Part shown: positions 12,755 to 31,538 of the stretch, one piece after another
Position numbering within the stretch: the stretch's first letter is position 1
How the letters are laid out: each line of letters opens with the position of its first letter
Assembly: GCF_000150275.1 (NCBI RefSeq)
Contig: NW_002060968.1
Location: forward strand, 43,797-107,796
Length of the DNA: 64,000 nucleotides
Origin: Trichoplax adhaerens
Taxonomy: Eukaryota; Animalia; Placozoa
Direction of reading: 5' to 3'
The notes under the pieces: generated by a model
The model's database searches: none
Seen by the model: the letters and a program-made list of their open reading frames with translations, nothing else
Told to the model about the DNA's origin: nothing
Translations under genes and position numbers: made by a program

Positions 12755-14987
12755 TTACCAATAAGTAAATCATAGTATCATCCGCCATCCTAGTTACAGT
12801 AGTGCATCCGAAAAGTGGTTTAGCATCGTCAATTAGGGAGCTCTCTACGGTATAGACTAGACTAGTTTTTAAGATGGCGCGGTACTGTTTTACCATCTAA
12901 ATCATAAAATTACCGTCTATATTGGCGAATTGATATTTGACCAAGGACTTGCTAGGATTTGATCTGGTTCATTAGTTTCGCTTATACTGTAAATAAATCA
13001 TGGAATAGTGCGTCATTTTATTTATAGCAGTACATCGGAGGAGCTATTTAGCATCATCCAGTTGGGAAATCGTGGGCTAAGTATACGGTAGACTAGTCAG
13101 CGATTTTAAAGTTGGGCGGTTCTGTATTTTTATCCATCTCATAAAATTACAGTAGGATACATATCGGCGAATTGATGTCAGATAGGCTAGGACTTGATCT
13201 GGTCTATATTAGTATGGCTTATAAGTTTATCATGGTATAGTTTGCCATTGTAATGACAGTAGTACATCGGAGAAACTATTTAGCATCAACGCCCTATCAG
13301 CCATGGAAGGAATTGTAAGGCCTGTAGACTAGAAAGTGGTTTCAGGCTGTTCGGTATTTCTATCCCTATCGACGGATTGATGATGGAATATGGATATATT
13401 AAGATTAGATCTGAGCTATTCGTGTTGCCTATAAGTAAATTATGGCATAGCCTGGCACACTCATTTTAATTATAGAAGTACATTGTGTGCGCCATTTCTA
13501 ATCCTATGCACAACAGCAGATCAATCAACAGCTTACTACCATGAATTTACTGCCCATATCCGCGAAATGATTGTACTGTAGACTAGAGTAGACTAAGGAA
13601 AAATTAGGATTAGATCTGGTCCATCAAACTAGCCTATAAGTAGACCCATAGTAGAATCCGTCATTCTTTATAGTATACATTAGTACATAAGAAGAGCGAT
13701 TGAGCATTATCAATTGAAGTAATTATAAGTGAACGATTTCAGGTTTTATGATAATTCATACCCTATCATCAATCTACTACGCATAGCGATGAATTGATGA
13801 TAGGCTTGGGAAATGTGATGATTACATCCAGCCCATTCGTTTTGCCTATAAGTAAATCATAAAGTAGCATAATCCGCCACTCTAATGACTTTTAGTATAT
13901 CGGAAGTGAGCTATTTAATATCATCCATTGGAGAATTTGCAAACTGCCAGGAGTCCAAAGAGCGACTTTTGAACCGTGTAGTATTTCTATTCGTGCCTTC
14001 ATTAGTCCATCTAGCCTCTGCTGGCTACCATGAGTTTACTACGGATATCGGTGTACGGATAGCGGTTTGGCTGTATTTTAGCAATGCAATACTGCAAACA
14101 GCATTCATACATCCGTTGCATTCGTTTTGTCTCTAAGTAAATCATAATGTGTCATGATCGTAATACATTGGAAGATATAGTATCATCTATTGGAGAATGT
14201 GCAAGCTGGCAGTAATCCAAAAAGCGATCGTGCCCGTTGTGTTTCCACTCTTAGTCGTTAACGTTAACACGAGGAACTTTGATACACTCCTACTAGTAAG
14301 CTTACTGAAAAGTCTCCTTTTATTTAGGATTTACTGCATTTAAATAGTATAGCTGTAATGGCGTATTATACCCTTATCTTAGTAATTCATTACCTTATCT
14401 TATGCTAACACGTTAGGTGCAGTACAACAAGTCACTGTATTCTTACATACATAACAGTGCCTTCACTAGATAGTAGTTTGGTTACATTTTAGCAATACAA
14501 CACTGTAAACAATCTTGATGCATCCGGTCAATCGGTTTTAAGTCTAAGTAAATCATAAAGTGTCATGATCGTAGTACATCGGAAGAGAGCTATTGAGCAT
14601 CATCTATTGGAGAATTTGCTAGCTGGCAGTAATCCAAAGAGCGACTATGCCTTCACCAGATAGTAATTTGGCTACATTTTAGCAATACAACACAGTAAAC
14701 AACCTTGATACATCCTTTCCATTCGTTTTGTCTCTAAGTAAATCATAAAGTGTCATGATCGTAGTACATCGGAGAGCTATTGAACATCATCCATTGGAGA
14801 ATTTGCAAGCTGCTAGTGGTCGACAGATCGGTCTTCGCAGCGTGCAGTATACTGTATTCCTCCTATCCGTGTCAACACTAGTACAGTACAACAAACTACT
14901 GCTGCCGTTCATAAGTTTACTACGAATATATCGGTGTATGGATAGTACTTATGTTGCATTTTAGCAATGCAACACTGTCAACAACAT
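12755..14987 (+). repeat. Degenerate tandem array of about nine ~190-290-nt units
   Basis: The anchor 'taagtaaatcat...agtacatcggag..gctatt.agcatcatcca' recurs at ~12761, 12990, 13221, 13431, 13636, 13848, 14134, 14545 and 14735. The last three units are the most similar to each other. Confidence 0.8.
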
Positions 14988-16326
14988 CCACTTCCCCTGG
15001 ATATTTTTATTCCACCTTCAAGCCCTCAGGCCATGCTAGCCAGGGAGGCGAAATTATCAACATGCGCGCATCAACACGATACAACTGCGGTGAGAATACC
15101 ATATCGTATTCCATGGATTTTATTCTTGATTTACTCTTTCCTGCGATCATCCATAAAACAGGCAGGAAGTTGAAGTGTTGCAGGACTAAAGTAAGTAGTC
15201 TGATGTTTTGCAATGCCATGTTTTGCTCTATCATCATCATCATTTAGATGTTATTCTCGCAGTTGGCCCTTCGGCAAAACTCCCGCCAGGGGCTCGCACT
15301 TTTCTAGCCAACAGTATAGTGTTCACAACACCTTGTTGTGCTCCATAGTTTTTATTATCCCTGAACGCCCTTCGACGATTGGATATCGGAGAATCGGTAA
15401 TCTGTCCGGGAGTTTTTTTTACGAAATATGCTATCATAGGCAGTAATGTGTTTAAAACATGATGTTATACAAGTGGCTTTTCTATCAATGGCTGGTACCA
15501 GTAAAGCGCCAAGACTAATCCTATCCATTGGGTAGGCTTTTGGGTACCGCCCCTTCGAATATGCGCAGTTGCTTTCCATCATATTTAAATTAGATAACTA
15601 TCCATCGAACGGTTAACCGTTGGGCATCGTTCCGATTGATCATCTCTTCCAGCGAGAAAATGATCAAAATTGACCAAATTAGCTTCAGGAACAAGGACCG
15701 CCAGCTTCTGTTGGCATCATTCAAGCACAGTTAGGACCTTGGTTATACGATCGATCGTAAGTATCATGATGAATGATGAATTGATGATGGTGAAGTGGAT
15801 CGGTCAATCAACAATTTTCCTATCCATTTTCTGTTCATTCCTATTGAATTCCACTGTCTTGCTTATAGCATTGCATTAGCAACCAATAGGAAAGGATGGC
15901 TGATATTAGCCATCATGTATTCACGATCTATTCGAATGAAGGATTATGAAATCATTTGATCCCATGTATTGGGTATCTGGGATGTACTATGTCTCACTTA
16001 CAAGGGATTTGTTTTCAAATCGTCAATATTGCCAACGAGCAGTACTGATCCAATATCTTTTCTTGCCGCCTTATTAGGAAAAGCGGTTTGTATACCAGTG
16101 CGCAAAAAAGATCAACCCTATATCTACAGAGGCGTTGACGACAATCAAACAGCAGCTGGTAATAGAATTACTGATTGCTGATTAGAGTTCCATTGGGATT
16201 TCGATCAATGGGCTTCGATCGAGAGTGAACATTGACGTTGTACTCGATCGTTGTAGCTCGATCTTTCCTGGTTAACTTCTTCCAACATTGCAACAAGTAC
16301 TCGTAGAAATAGCGCTATCCAAGGAA

Positions 16327-19300
16327 ATGGTTGCCTTAGCGATGGAAGACATTCGAGCCCGTATTGAGACTTTAGACGATAACGAATTAAGGCGAGAATT
16401 GAAAAATTTGGGTCTAGATATAGGCCCCATTACTGCTACTACCAAAGCAACTTTTATCGGCTTATTGGCTAAAAAATTGCATCGATTAAATGGAGGTGAA
16501 GTTCCGCCCGACAACGATCAAGACACGGATGTTAAGGTAACATACTGTGCTATAATCTACCATATCCTATCATTCACTTGCTATCAGAACCATCTATTTT
16601 CGATACAGTCGTCCTACCATGTTATAATTTGATTATCATCGGTTCATGACCATGACAATTGATGTACGTTTACATTGAAACAACAATTGTTTTGATACCT
16701 TCAGGCCGTTTCAAATAACTCTATCAACAGCTCTGCCGTTTGCCGTAAGAGCAATTCTGATCAGAAGCCATCGATTTACTACGGAGTTTGGTTAGGTGAT
16801 GATCAGCAATCAACCGAGTCTGTACCCACGACTCCACTAGTTTTCGATCGAAAGAGCGATTTAGAAAAATACTTGAAAGGTCATAAAACTGCTCGGTTTA
16901 GAACTTTCAAGAGTAAAAACGACGCAGAATGTTATTCTTTATCGACATCGCAATATGTAGTCAACTCCTCGCTCAATGGCAGCAGTCTCGATACTGAACC
17001 CCCGCAACAGTACCATGGTCCATCTCGGACGATCATTAGTCACTTGCAACGTGCTGCTAGGTGTGGCTTGCTAGAACAGTATTCTGATCTAGTGGAGCAA
17101 AATCCTCGATGTTTACTTACTGCAGGTTAGAAAGGAATATTAATAGACATTTTAACTGTAAATTTTAAATTTTATCAAAGCCGTTCATAGTAATGTGTAT
17201 CATTTACTGATGAAAAAATTGATAACGAGTAATTACTTTATACGTGCAACTGACTATTCCATCAATCCCAACTCATACCATGGCTAGTAATACAGTACTT
17301 CTGCAGGGACACAATCGTTTCCTAGTCACTGAAATGATTCCCATCCATATTATAAAATTGTTACGTAAATTGTACTGCTTAGGAAAAATGGATGCATCCC
17401 TTACTGTGACTAGTGTCTGCAATTTTTGTCTATGTGAAATCCGAGTTCAATTATTTTTAAAGTTACTATTACGTGTCTTATGTTATGAAATGGATTCTTT
17501 TTATGGGCACTAGTACATATCTTGCTTATACTTATACTTGGTGTTTATTGATGGAATAGCAAAGTACATACAATTTGTTGATGGGATGAGTACATTATGT
17601 CAACATGTTATAGATTTGTCATTGTTTTTATTGAGATACAGCGATTGATATATAAAGGTTAACTAAAACTACAAGTTGTGATACCTATAGTATAATGTAC
17701 CATAATAGGTGATATGTTGGTAATAATGGCAGCTTCAGCATACTTGCAACTTAGCATTTGATCAATCCAAGCTCATACCATGGCTAGTAATATAGTGCTA
17801 CTGCAGCAACGCTCTAGTTTACTACTGACTGAAGAGATTCTCATGCGTATTATAAAATAGTTGGACAATGGTAGTACTTAGGAAAATGCATTGATCGTTT
17901 ATAGCCGCTGTATGCAATTTTATCCATATGTAAACCTAGTTGAAGTATTTTCAAAGTTATAACTAGCCCCTCAGGTTATAAATTGGATTCTTTTCAATAG
18001 GTAGTTAATGATGGACTACAAAGGTACAAACAGTAGATTGATGGATGAATACTTTACGTCAACACACTACAGATTTGTAATTGTGTATAGTAACTCCAAA
18101 TATGAGATACTGCGATTGATGACATGCTATTCTAAAGCTAGATTAGGTTAATGTTTACGAATGATCAGATGATATGATCGCGTGCGATTTTGTATGAGTA
18201 AACAATACGAGTTTTCTAAATAACTCGTTTTATTCATTTTTTGGTTAGTGTTTACGATGATCAGATGACACGGTAGCGTGCAGTTAGTATGAGTCAACAA
18301 AACCGAGCTAAATAACTCGATTTATTCGTTTTTTCTTGTAGTTGAAACCCCGGTTATTCTCCAAGAAGGCTTACGTTATAATGCAATGCACTTTGGATCA
18401 CATTATAATCAGCCTGAAATCTGCCAATATGTTATTGATAAATGTAAAGATTTGCAATTTTGGAAAAAGTTATATCCCAACGATGATTCTGAACAGCTGC
18501 GTCAAAATTGCATCAACATAGCTCTGGATCGTTACTTGAATACACCGGACAAAATGGTTATAAATCATACTATCTAATCTTTATAGCAGATGCTTTAAGG
18601 GTGCTTACTTTAATGACATTCGTTTTGCTTATTTAGTGTAGAATTCTAATAAAAAAATCTTATTACTATTCTCGGATTTAGCTGGCGGAGACACCGCTAC
18701 ATTTTGCTTGCAAGTTTGGTTTCACTGAGGTGGTTAAGAATCTACTCCATGAACCTGCAACCTTGAGAAATTGTAAAAATAAACACGGCAAGCTACCATT
18801 CGACGTAAGCCATTTTATAAAGTAAACTTTCAAACTTACTACACTAAGTGCACATCAAGTCCCTTCACTCTAAGAATTACGTATCGTGAAAAAAAGTACC
18901 ATTACCATAGGCATGGGTTCTCCAAGTAGAACGTGTTGTAGCGTATTATTTGCGCCCAACTGATGCCACTGCAATAGTCTCGTATTAATAATGTTATGAG
19001 TTCACTAATTAATTATAGTCTCTTTTTAAGTACACAAGCAGAAGTTGCATAAATCCTTATGGCTTATTCAGTACTTTCTTATTCAACTATTGTGTATGCC
19101 TATTTTTATGATTTGCTTTCCACGCATTTTGATATGGGTTCTGTATAGATTATCATTTGAGCAATCATATTCCTTTCTGATTTTTCTACACAGCTTATAT
19201 GTACCCGATACAACAATGAAGATAAACAAGAAGTTAAAGAATCGATAGAAAATTTATTTACAGGTTACATATTAAATTACTCCTTAAAACAATTCGATTT

Positions 19301-20929
19301 TGCACATGGCCTATTCGTGAGATAAGGTAGTTAATCTTCCTATGATCGTACACATTTATGTAGAACATTACTTTGTCCCAATTTACCGGGAAGATGATAA
19401 TGTTGTACCGCCAAAGCTTGGTACGCCGTGCAAGTCAGATCAAATTAATTTGAGCTTTGACGAAAGTCTGTTAGACAAAGCATTATCACCAATCGATCCC
19501 AAGCGAGTCCTAAGAGCCTACGCAGGTCCAACTTCTCCTGCTTTGGTAAGCTTCAATTAACCTATGGTATAGTTAATAGATGAGTTTATTATTTAAAATG
19601 AGATTAGAAATACTTCTGGATCGTACTGTACTGTACATAAGTACTGTATTCTTTTGGCGGATAAACATTGCATTTTATAATATTAAAAATCTCTTTTCCG
19701 TTATCTGTATTTATCAATAACATAAGGCAAAGGAATTTCATAAATTGCTGGTAACTCCATCGAGTATAGAAAAACGACGGGCTTACTCTGATATCAAGTG
19801 CCGAGATAGCGAGAAAGGAATCGAAAGAGTTGCCAGGTATGGCCGGGTATTCGATGATAGTTGGGACTTTAATGATGCCTATATATGTATTCTATTATCC
19901 AATGTTGTTACCCGTATGTACGTAGATTGGTTAGTCAACGTTCTGCCATTGATTCACCTCTGATTATTATATGCTATGATATTTCTCGATCTAGATCACT
20001 TGCACGAGATATGCAGGTTCCTTGGAAAGAATATTGGAAATTTATGGATGGTTATGCAGATTTTATGACTTCTGATGGATTAATGAAGCTAGAGAAATAT
20101 CTAAAAGAATCGAAAGCAAAGACATCAACCGCCAAAACAACGGGTTCGTAGCATGATTTTATATTTTACTTATCATCCATGTGCATTGTACGGTATAAAC
20201 ATCAGATAGATAGTTTGCAGATATTCGACATTATATATTTACGGTATGGGAAATATAGGTATTATTTTACTACTAGTAAAAGCTTGAACTGAAAATTACA
20301 CTATCTTTATTGCATTGGGCTGCATGCGTTTCCGTAGAATTAGATAATGTTACATCCAAGCTGGATACTATGAATTTAAGCGGTACTCCTGAAAGCAACA
20401 CAACACCTCGACGTGGTGAATCGGACATGGAGACGGAAACAGATGAAAATACAGATGGATTTCTTGTCGGGTAATTAAATTTCATTTTATTCTCAACCGG
20501 AGAATTTCATATCAAAACATAGCAATAGCCATATTAAATAAGTTAGTATTTCGATTTTGATGTGGTATTCAATTAACATGCCTGTATTCAAATGCATTGA
20601 AGATACAGTTGTATTTATTGTATGGATATCTGGCTTTTTAAGTAGAAAAATTGCTGGTATCGATTTGGATGTAATGCGAGCAATAAGGCCAGAAGATCTT
20701 GATAGCAATAAGTATCCACTTGTAACTGAGTGGTACAATAAAGTTTCTTCCAAAGCCAATGCAGATCAAAGTTACGATAGGTAAATGCATTGATGATAGT
20801 AGCATGCATGAAGTAAATGTAATTTAACTACGTGATCATTTCTCTGTTGACATTCTGACTGTTATGCCAATTTTGGATTACCACAGGTTGAGAAAGAAAC
20901 AGCTTGGTAAACGGATCTTATTCAAGTAA
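16327..20929 (+). CDS. ANKLE2: Ankyrin repeat and LEM domain-containing protein 2 (ANKLE2/LEM4), multi-exon; start could be 16342
   Basis: N-terminal LEM domain (IETLDDNELRRELKNLGLDIGPITATTK). Caulimovirus-viroplasmin-like segment (YYGVW...ARFRTFKSKNDAE). NPRCLLTA/ETPVILQEGLRYNAMH, RYLNTPDK, ankyrin ETPLHFACKFG, then YFVPIYR, AYAGPTSP, DSEKGIERVAR, VPWKEYWKF and the C-terminal DLDV...YPLVTEW. Canonical GT-AG junctions. Confidence 0.92.
17262..18341 (+). repeat. Intronic tandem duplications in ANKLE2 intron 2 (~490-nt diverged pair, then a ~98-nt pair next to the acceptor)
   Basis: 'ctcataccatggctagtaata' at ~17272 and ~17772, 'gagatac.gcgattgat' at ~17633 and ~18104, and 'tgtttacga.tgatcagatga' at ~18152 and ~18249. 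Confidence 0.75.
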
Positions 20930-21939
20930 CTTTAAAACGGAAAGGTTCTGCTAATAGAGCATATAATAATATACATAGTACAATATGGTATACCGTCATC
21001 TTATGCATGACATTCAATTCTCAGAGATCTGTATCCTTTGAATTTAAATTTCAAGCTATAGCACTTTTGCTAACTCATGTACAGGTGTATTGATCATGTT
21101 AGATCACCATCAACTTGCACTGTTTTCTATATCGTATGGTACTTTATTAGATTGTACAGTAATCATTTTCAGCGATAGTGAACCATAACGGGTAATTGGA
21201 CAGGGTAAATGTAAATTTAAAACTTAATCCTACAGGCATATTGTACTGTACTTTGGTGTCATGGATGTGATGTACCTAGCTGTACCATACCTATCAATGT
21301 CAAAATTTTTTCTCACTTTAATGTTTATTTTTCACCAAGCAATGGCTAATACACCAAACACGTTTGAATTCAATATTGCCTAACTTTGTTTATTCATTTC
21401 TGTCAAGAAATAGATGCATATACCATAATTTATGGTTGTTTATAAAATAGATACGTTCACAATATGTAAAATAGCACTAGCGATAAAGATTTATTCTACG
21501 TTCTAGATTGAACGCTTGCGAATAGTATGTGATTGTATTACTCTCTCGATTTATTGTGGAATGGTCAATTTAATTTAGAAATTCTGAACATATCCAAGTA
21601 TGAATTATATACCAAACACGTAAGTTGTCCTTTGATGAATAGCACTAGGATGACTTGGGTTAATCATTTCTGATGTAATCGCCATACCTTTTTAAAGTTC
21701 TAATGGTACTACTAACACCGTTTTAAAAAGTATTTTGAAATAAAATCTATTCTCAAAAATTGGTTAAACTTCGCTTATCGTGGTTTATGACGATGTTTGT
21801 ATGATGGTCAGCAACCATATCTGCTTGCACTATCTATTTATCCAAGGTTTCTAACATTTTATGACAATAAGCGTTTGGAGAATTTAACCAACTTGGCGTA
21901 AAACGCTAGAACTATAGCCAATGAAAAAGTATTAACATT

Positions 21940-23590
21940 TTAGTCAATGATCTTTGAGAGCATTTGCCAGTTTATTTCTTTCGCGGTCTCTGTCATTGAG
22001 AAAATTAGGCCCATCTTTTTTGAGTCCTTAGCTAAATTATATTCTATACTGGGTGATGAATACTGTAATACACATAAGTGCTCGATATTGACTATCAGTA
22101 TCATTGCAAAGTACTGCTGTAAAGCGATGACGGATTGGATGTGACTGATAAATTCGAGCAATTTCCTTCTACTTTTTCAATTGCCTGGTGTGTGTACGAT
22201 TTTAGCCTTATGTGTTAGACTTTCTTAACGCATTTAGCTCCTATCAGCTTGTGATTTTGTTTTGTTTTCTCGTGATGATTCCCTCAACTGTTCTGCTGCA
22301 TATCTATATGATTTTGATGTGCTAGACTGCACGTTTAGTATCTATCCTTGCACCAGGCTGCGGTCTTGTTTCTTTTGTATTGATGATGTTGTAGGTATTT
22401 CTTATTGATGATCACTGCATAGAATCAAGTCTTTCCTGCTTCCCGTATGCTTAGGGATATCGAAGCGGTATGCTTGTATAGTATAGAGACTGTATAATTT
22501 CTTCATTGACAAATCTATCGGATTGTTATCTTCCCGAGCGCGATGGATGGAGACGATATATTTTGTGAAATAAGGGACTCTGGTTAGCACGCCATTTATC
22601 CATTCTTGGATCGCATGATAGAATTGAGTTTAACTAGACTGTAATGTAGTAAACATAGAATTAAGCAATAGCTGGACACGAGAGTAACGAAATAGGAATA
22701 AAGAGCGTATTCAATTGCAGCCTGAGGAAGTGTCAAAGCTGCTTGAAACATATATAACGATACATTCAGAAAAAACTATATGGACGGAATAGATTGTTCA
22801 TTTCTGGCTAAGTTGGATAATCACTCGGAAAATACGTTATTCATTTTCGTCAAGGTTAAGAGGGTAATAGCTCACTTTGCGTAGCACCTCTCTACAAACG
22901 TACAAACGATCGCTATACTTGTTATGACTGAATACTCCTTTTGCATCTTGTCTAGCCTTGGCAACGATATGTTTGATCATGAGAGAAATGATACATTTTC
23001 CCTATTATTATAATTTTGTAATAGGAAGACCTTTACTTTGCCTATCTCATGCTATCGCAAAGTTGCTTATGACTGCAACTTTTGACAAGTGCTAGTAATA
23101 CTGTACTGGACTACTAGAAAAAAGCCTTTCTTCTATTCCATGGCTAATATCAAACCTCAAGCAAAGGGAAAGCAACTTTCTCTTTGATACGACTCTGATT
23201 GTGTGAGTAGGATTGACTTCAGCTGCAAGATTCCATGCACTTACAGTAGTATCTAGCGTTGGAAGCGGAAGGCTACCATGTGCGGCTGTGCCTTCCTAAC
23301 TATGCCTACTTTGCTTTACCCATATCTTCCGAAATCATGCTTAACATGGCATGTAATCTCCTGATATCAGGCTATATCCAGACATGCATAGACTTTGCTT
23401 TGCCGGCATTTTGCTCAAGCTTCAACTATTCAACATTGCAAACTCAAAGTATGACTTGACTTCAACTGGCAGATAGCATTCGCTCAAGATTAATTCGTCC
23501 ACTGTTTTGTGCGTCTAACAAAGACGATAATATTATTCTGGCAGTAATATAATGCTTTAGAGTAGTGCTAGACAACAACGGCTACTGAAA
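21940..23590 (-). pseudogene. Possible decayed coding sequence of unknown family
   Basis: One minus-strand frame runs from ~22990 to 21940 with only scattered stops and includes the 22402-22590 and 21940-22161 ORFs. Similar patches occur up to ~23590. No motif recognised. Confidence 0.25.
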
Positions 23591-23682
23591 TACGATCACA
23601 CAGGTAAAACATGGCCTGGATGAAAGGGTGTTCATAAAGTTTTAATGTTAGGCTAAAGAGAAAGTTGGGTTATCAAGGAACA

Positions 23683-24465
23683 GAAAGTCAAGACTGCACA
23701 TTGAAGGTATCTATTCTGTGGAACAGAAATGTGTGAAATAAATGTCGCCCCTTATAGTATAGTGTCAAGATTTTCTACGCCATCTCCTTTACATCTTCTG
23801 ATACACTGCGCGATGAGTGGGCTGCGCTTTCTTCGCAGAGGCTACAGTGTACAGTCACGAACTTCTACAGTGTACTGTACTGTACAGACACCAGACAAGT
23901 ACAAGATGTACTGTACACTGTACAGTATTAGTAAAGACCCGCAGAGTACTGAAATTGTGGTCTCCAGTCCACCGTCCGAACATCCTGACATCGAAAACAC
24001 TTCATTGACTGTTTGTGGTCATTTCAGTACCCCTTTTGTTATTGACGTGGTTGGACTGTCCAGTGACGGAAAGTCAAGACTGCACAGCGCACAGTGCACA
24101 TTGAAGGTATCTATTTTGTAGAACAGAAATGTGTGAAATAAATGTCGCCCTTATAGTAGAGTGTCAGGATTTTCTACGCCATTTACTTTACATCTTCGGA
24201 TACACTGCGCGATAACTGGTCTGCGCTTTCTTCGCACAGGCTACAGTGTACAGTGTACAGTCACGCACTTCTACAGTGTACTGTACACAAGACAAGTACA
24301 AGATGTACTGTACTGTGTACAGCATTGGTAAAGACCGGGAGAGTACTGAAATTGTGGTCTCCTGTCCACCGTCCGAACGTCCTAACATCGAAAACATTTC
24401 ATTGACTGATTGTGGTCGTTTCAATACCGCTTTTGTTATTGACGTGGTTGAACTGTCCAGTGACG
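23683..24465 (+). repeat. Tandem direct duplication of ~390 nt (23683-24068 / 24069-24465) upstream of CHIC
   Basis: Both units start 'gaaagtcaagactgcaca' and end 'actgtccagtgacg'. The ORF track shows the paired translations STEIVVSSPPSEHPDIEN and STEIVVSCPPSERPNIEN. Confidence 0.92.
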
Positions 24466-24851
24466 ATTGTCAGCCAACGAGCCTCATACAGGTCGTCTGC
24501 GATGTGTCACCTATCGGTGTAGTCACTCGCCCGTGGCATCGTAGTCCAAGACAACACTGCTTTCTTCTTGCTTCTCTTTGAATTCTTTCTCTCTTTGCCA
24601 TTTTACTCTATTCCGTTGATTGAAATTTCTTATTTTCGGCCTTCTTTCCCTTGGATTAGACACTTCTCTCGGCGTTATTGCGTCGATCTGGCCAGTGGTG
24701 ATCAAGGTAAGCAACAACGTCTTGAAAGATTGATTGTTTCCATTGGCAAGGAGCGAGAGAACATTACGTCAGCAAAGGCTTGCAACTTACATTCATTGAA
24801 TTACAAGCGTTGACAATTTCCTTGATTGGCGGTCCATGATTGCTCGCAATC

Positions 24852-29267
<4,416 letters not shown>

Positions 29268-31538
29268 GTCATATTTTGATGCAAGTACTTAATTTTCTAT
29301 TTATGGTATGTTTAATAACGGTAATATAATATTACTATAATACTTATCATGATTTTATCATCTCCAATCTTGGAAAATGTCATACTAAATCCTTCAAGAA
29401 GTTGCATTTATAGTATTTACAAAATTAGATAATTTCATATTATTGTTCGAAAACGTGGATCGTATCTTTAAGCCTAACTTCTAATTGTGTATCATATCTG
29501 TAACATAGAAATCAAATTTAAAACATCGCACCTATTACGTAACATATTTGATACAATTCTCGATTCTTGACAACATTTTAGAGCACAGTTTGCACTAAAA
29601 GTGCAAGTTAATTTAATTTATTATTGCCTACCCTATATTGAAATTCATCGCATATTATTTCGAGATTAAAACTGGGACTATTACAATACATAGGTAATCA
29701 GAAAATGCACGCTGTAAAATATCCCCTGAAATCTTTATACTATATTATCGTTATTTTCTTGACTATAATTTATCAGCACATCTAGTCTACTATCCTTAAT
29801 TACTGAAATGCCTTCGCACAATTGTGTCATGTCATATAAGTTACTTTATATAAGATTGATATTCTAACGCGGTTCAAATTTAACTATATCATGTAAAATA
29901 TTTTACTAAAAGGAATGAATTGTATCGTTTTGTCCCATAATTAGGAAAGTTTATAATCCAATTTATAGCCTGATTTAAAGACAGATTACCATAATCACAC
30001 TTTGCGTCATATCTGCGTTCTTATTGTCGTTGTGATTCTACTATTAGAACATTTCATCTACTCGTATATCTATGTATTATTTCTGATTTATTCATTGCCA
30101 TATTCTATGAAACTGTCTGAAAATTAATAAACATATTAGAAAGAGCGGTGATCAATTTTTATTCTGTATCGATGGATTCTATGTCTAGTTTCTGATGCAG
30201 TTACCTTTTTTCGCCATCTTTGCCTTCATCTAAAAATAAGCTACTATAATATTAATGAAAATAAACGTATATCACTGGAAAAGCTACCCATGCATTGCTT
30301 GTGACGAGGTAGATCAAAATCTTATGCTTTATGTACAACAATGGCCTAAATTTGAGCATATGCTCTAAAGGTGTTCGCTCCAATAAAATTAACTGACCAA
30401 ACCAATGTAGGTATTTCCGTTACCAGTTATAAAGATTCTATAAAGCTATTTTCTCGCATATATTTTGATGCAAGGGAAAACTATCAAGAGAAATACGTAC
30501 TTTATCGGTATCAGGAATAAGGAAATGATGATTTATATATTTGGAGTTAGGTAACGGTTAATAAATGCTCTATTAAAACAAAATTATACTTGCCTATAAA
30601 ATTAGCTGTACAGTAGTGTCAAGGCAGAATGTTCCTACATTTACAGACACTTACACGATTGATTTGTTCCCGTCAACTATTGAAAAATTCCTTTATTTAA
30701 TTGTTGCATATTTTAAATACCATAATAAAATTTGATGTATACGCGTATACAGAAAGAGTTTATTAATATCATCCCGCAATTAAGCTTTAATTTATTTAAA
30801 ATAAACTTGCTTTCATGTTATAATATCATTGCGGTATTCAAATTATTATCGCAAGTATTGCAAACTTCATGTAAAAGTTGGAAGACCACACAGAACACGA
30901 AATTACCAATGACAAATCGTTCAGGACGACAAATAGTATATAAACTTAATGCTCAGTCAATTTACAGCAGCCAGCGTTGTAATTATAATGTTCTAGGGTT
31001 AATGTGATATTTTACGGGATATTAAGTTTATAAATCAATTAATATCACTCTCAAGATAACAGAATGCTGTATTATCATATTAACTAATCCTGACACCAAA
31101 CAAAAATCAATCCTATAGAATACTATGTAAAGTATTTACTCAGTATAGTAGACTGACGTAAAAGTACTTTGTCTAAAAATTGGATGAATACATTTCATTT
31201 TCTGTCCGTAAATTATCACAACAACAAAACTATTAACTACGCGATCAGCCAGAAAAATCCAATCTTAATGTGTTCCTTTAATGAAAATATAATCATGTAA
31301 TAAAAATTCCTGACAGTCCAACAACTATACCAAAAATTGAATAATTAAATCCATATTGAGAAGTGGTTACATATAATTGTACTAACATAAAAAAGGGATT
31401 CAATGAATTTTTTAGTTAAAGATGCTTAACAGGAAAACTTTTACAAATACATGTGCATGAATCTCCGCCAAATCGAAAGTATTATTGAAATAAATATGAA
31501 ACTGGATTGTTACAGAACAAAGAATTTCCAATGGGCAA

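Noticed and set aside
23729-24581. ORFs of 130 and 111 aa as a duplicated gene pair
   Set aside because: They lie within the ~390-nt duplication, frames are not preserved at the 5' ends, and no domain is recognisable.
30000-30560. Exon-like minus-strand fragments between CHIC and myotubularin
   Set aside because: Splice-like signals are present, but I could not assemble a coherent frame or recognise a product. The myotubularin already terminates at 31539.
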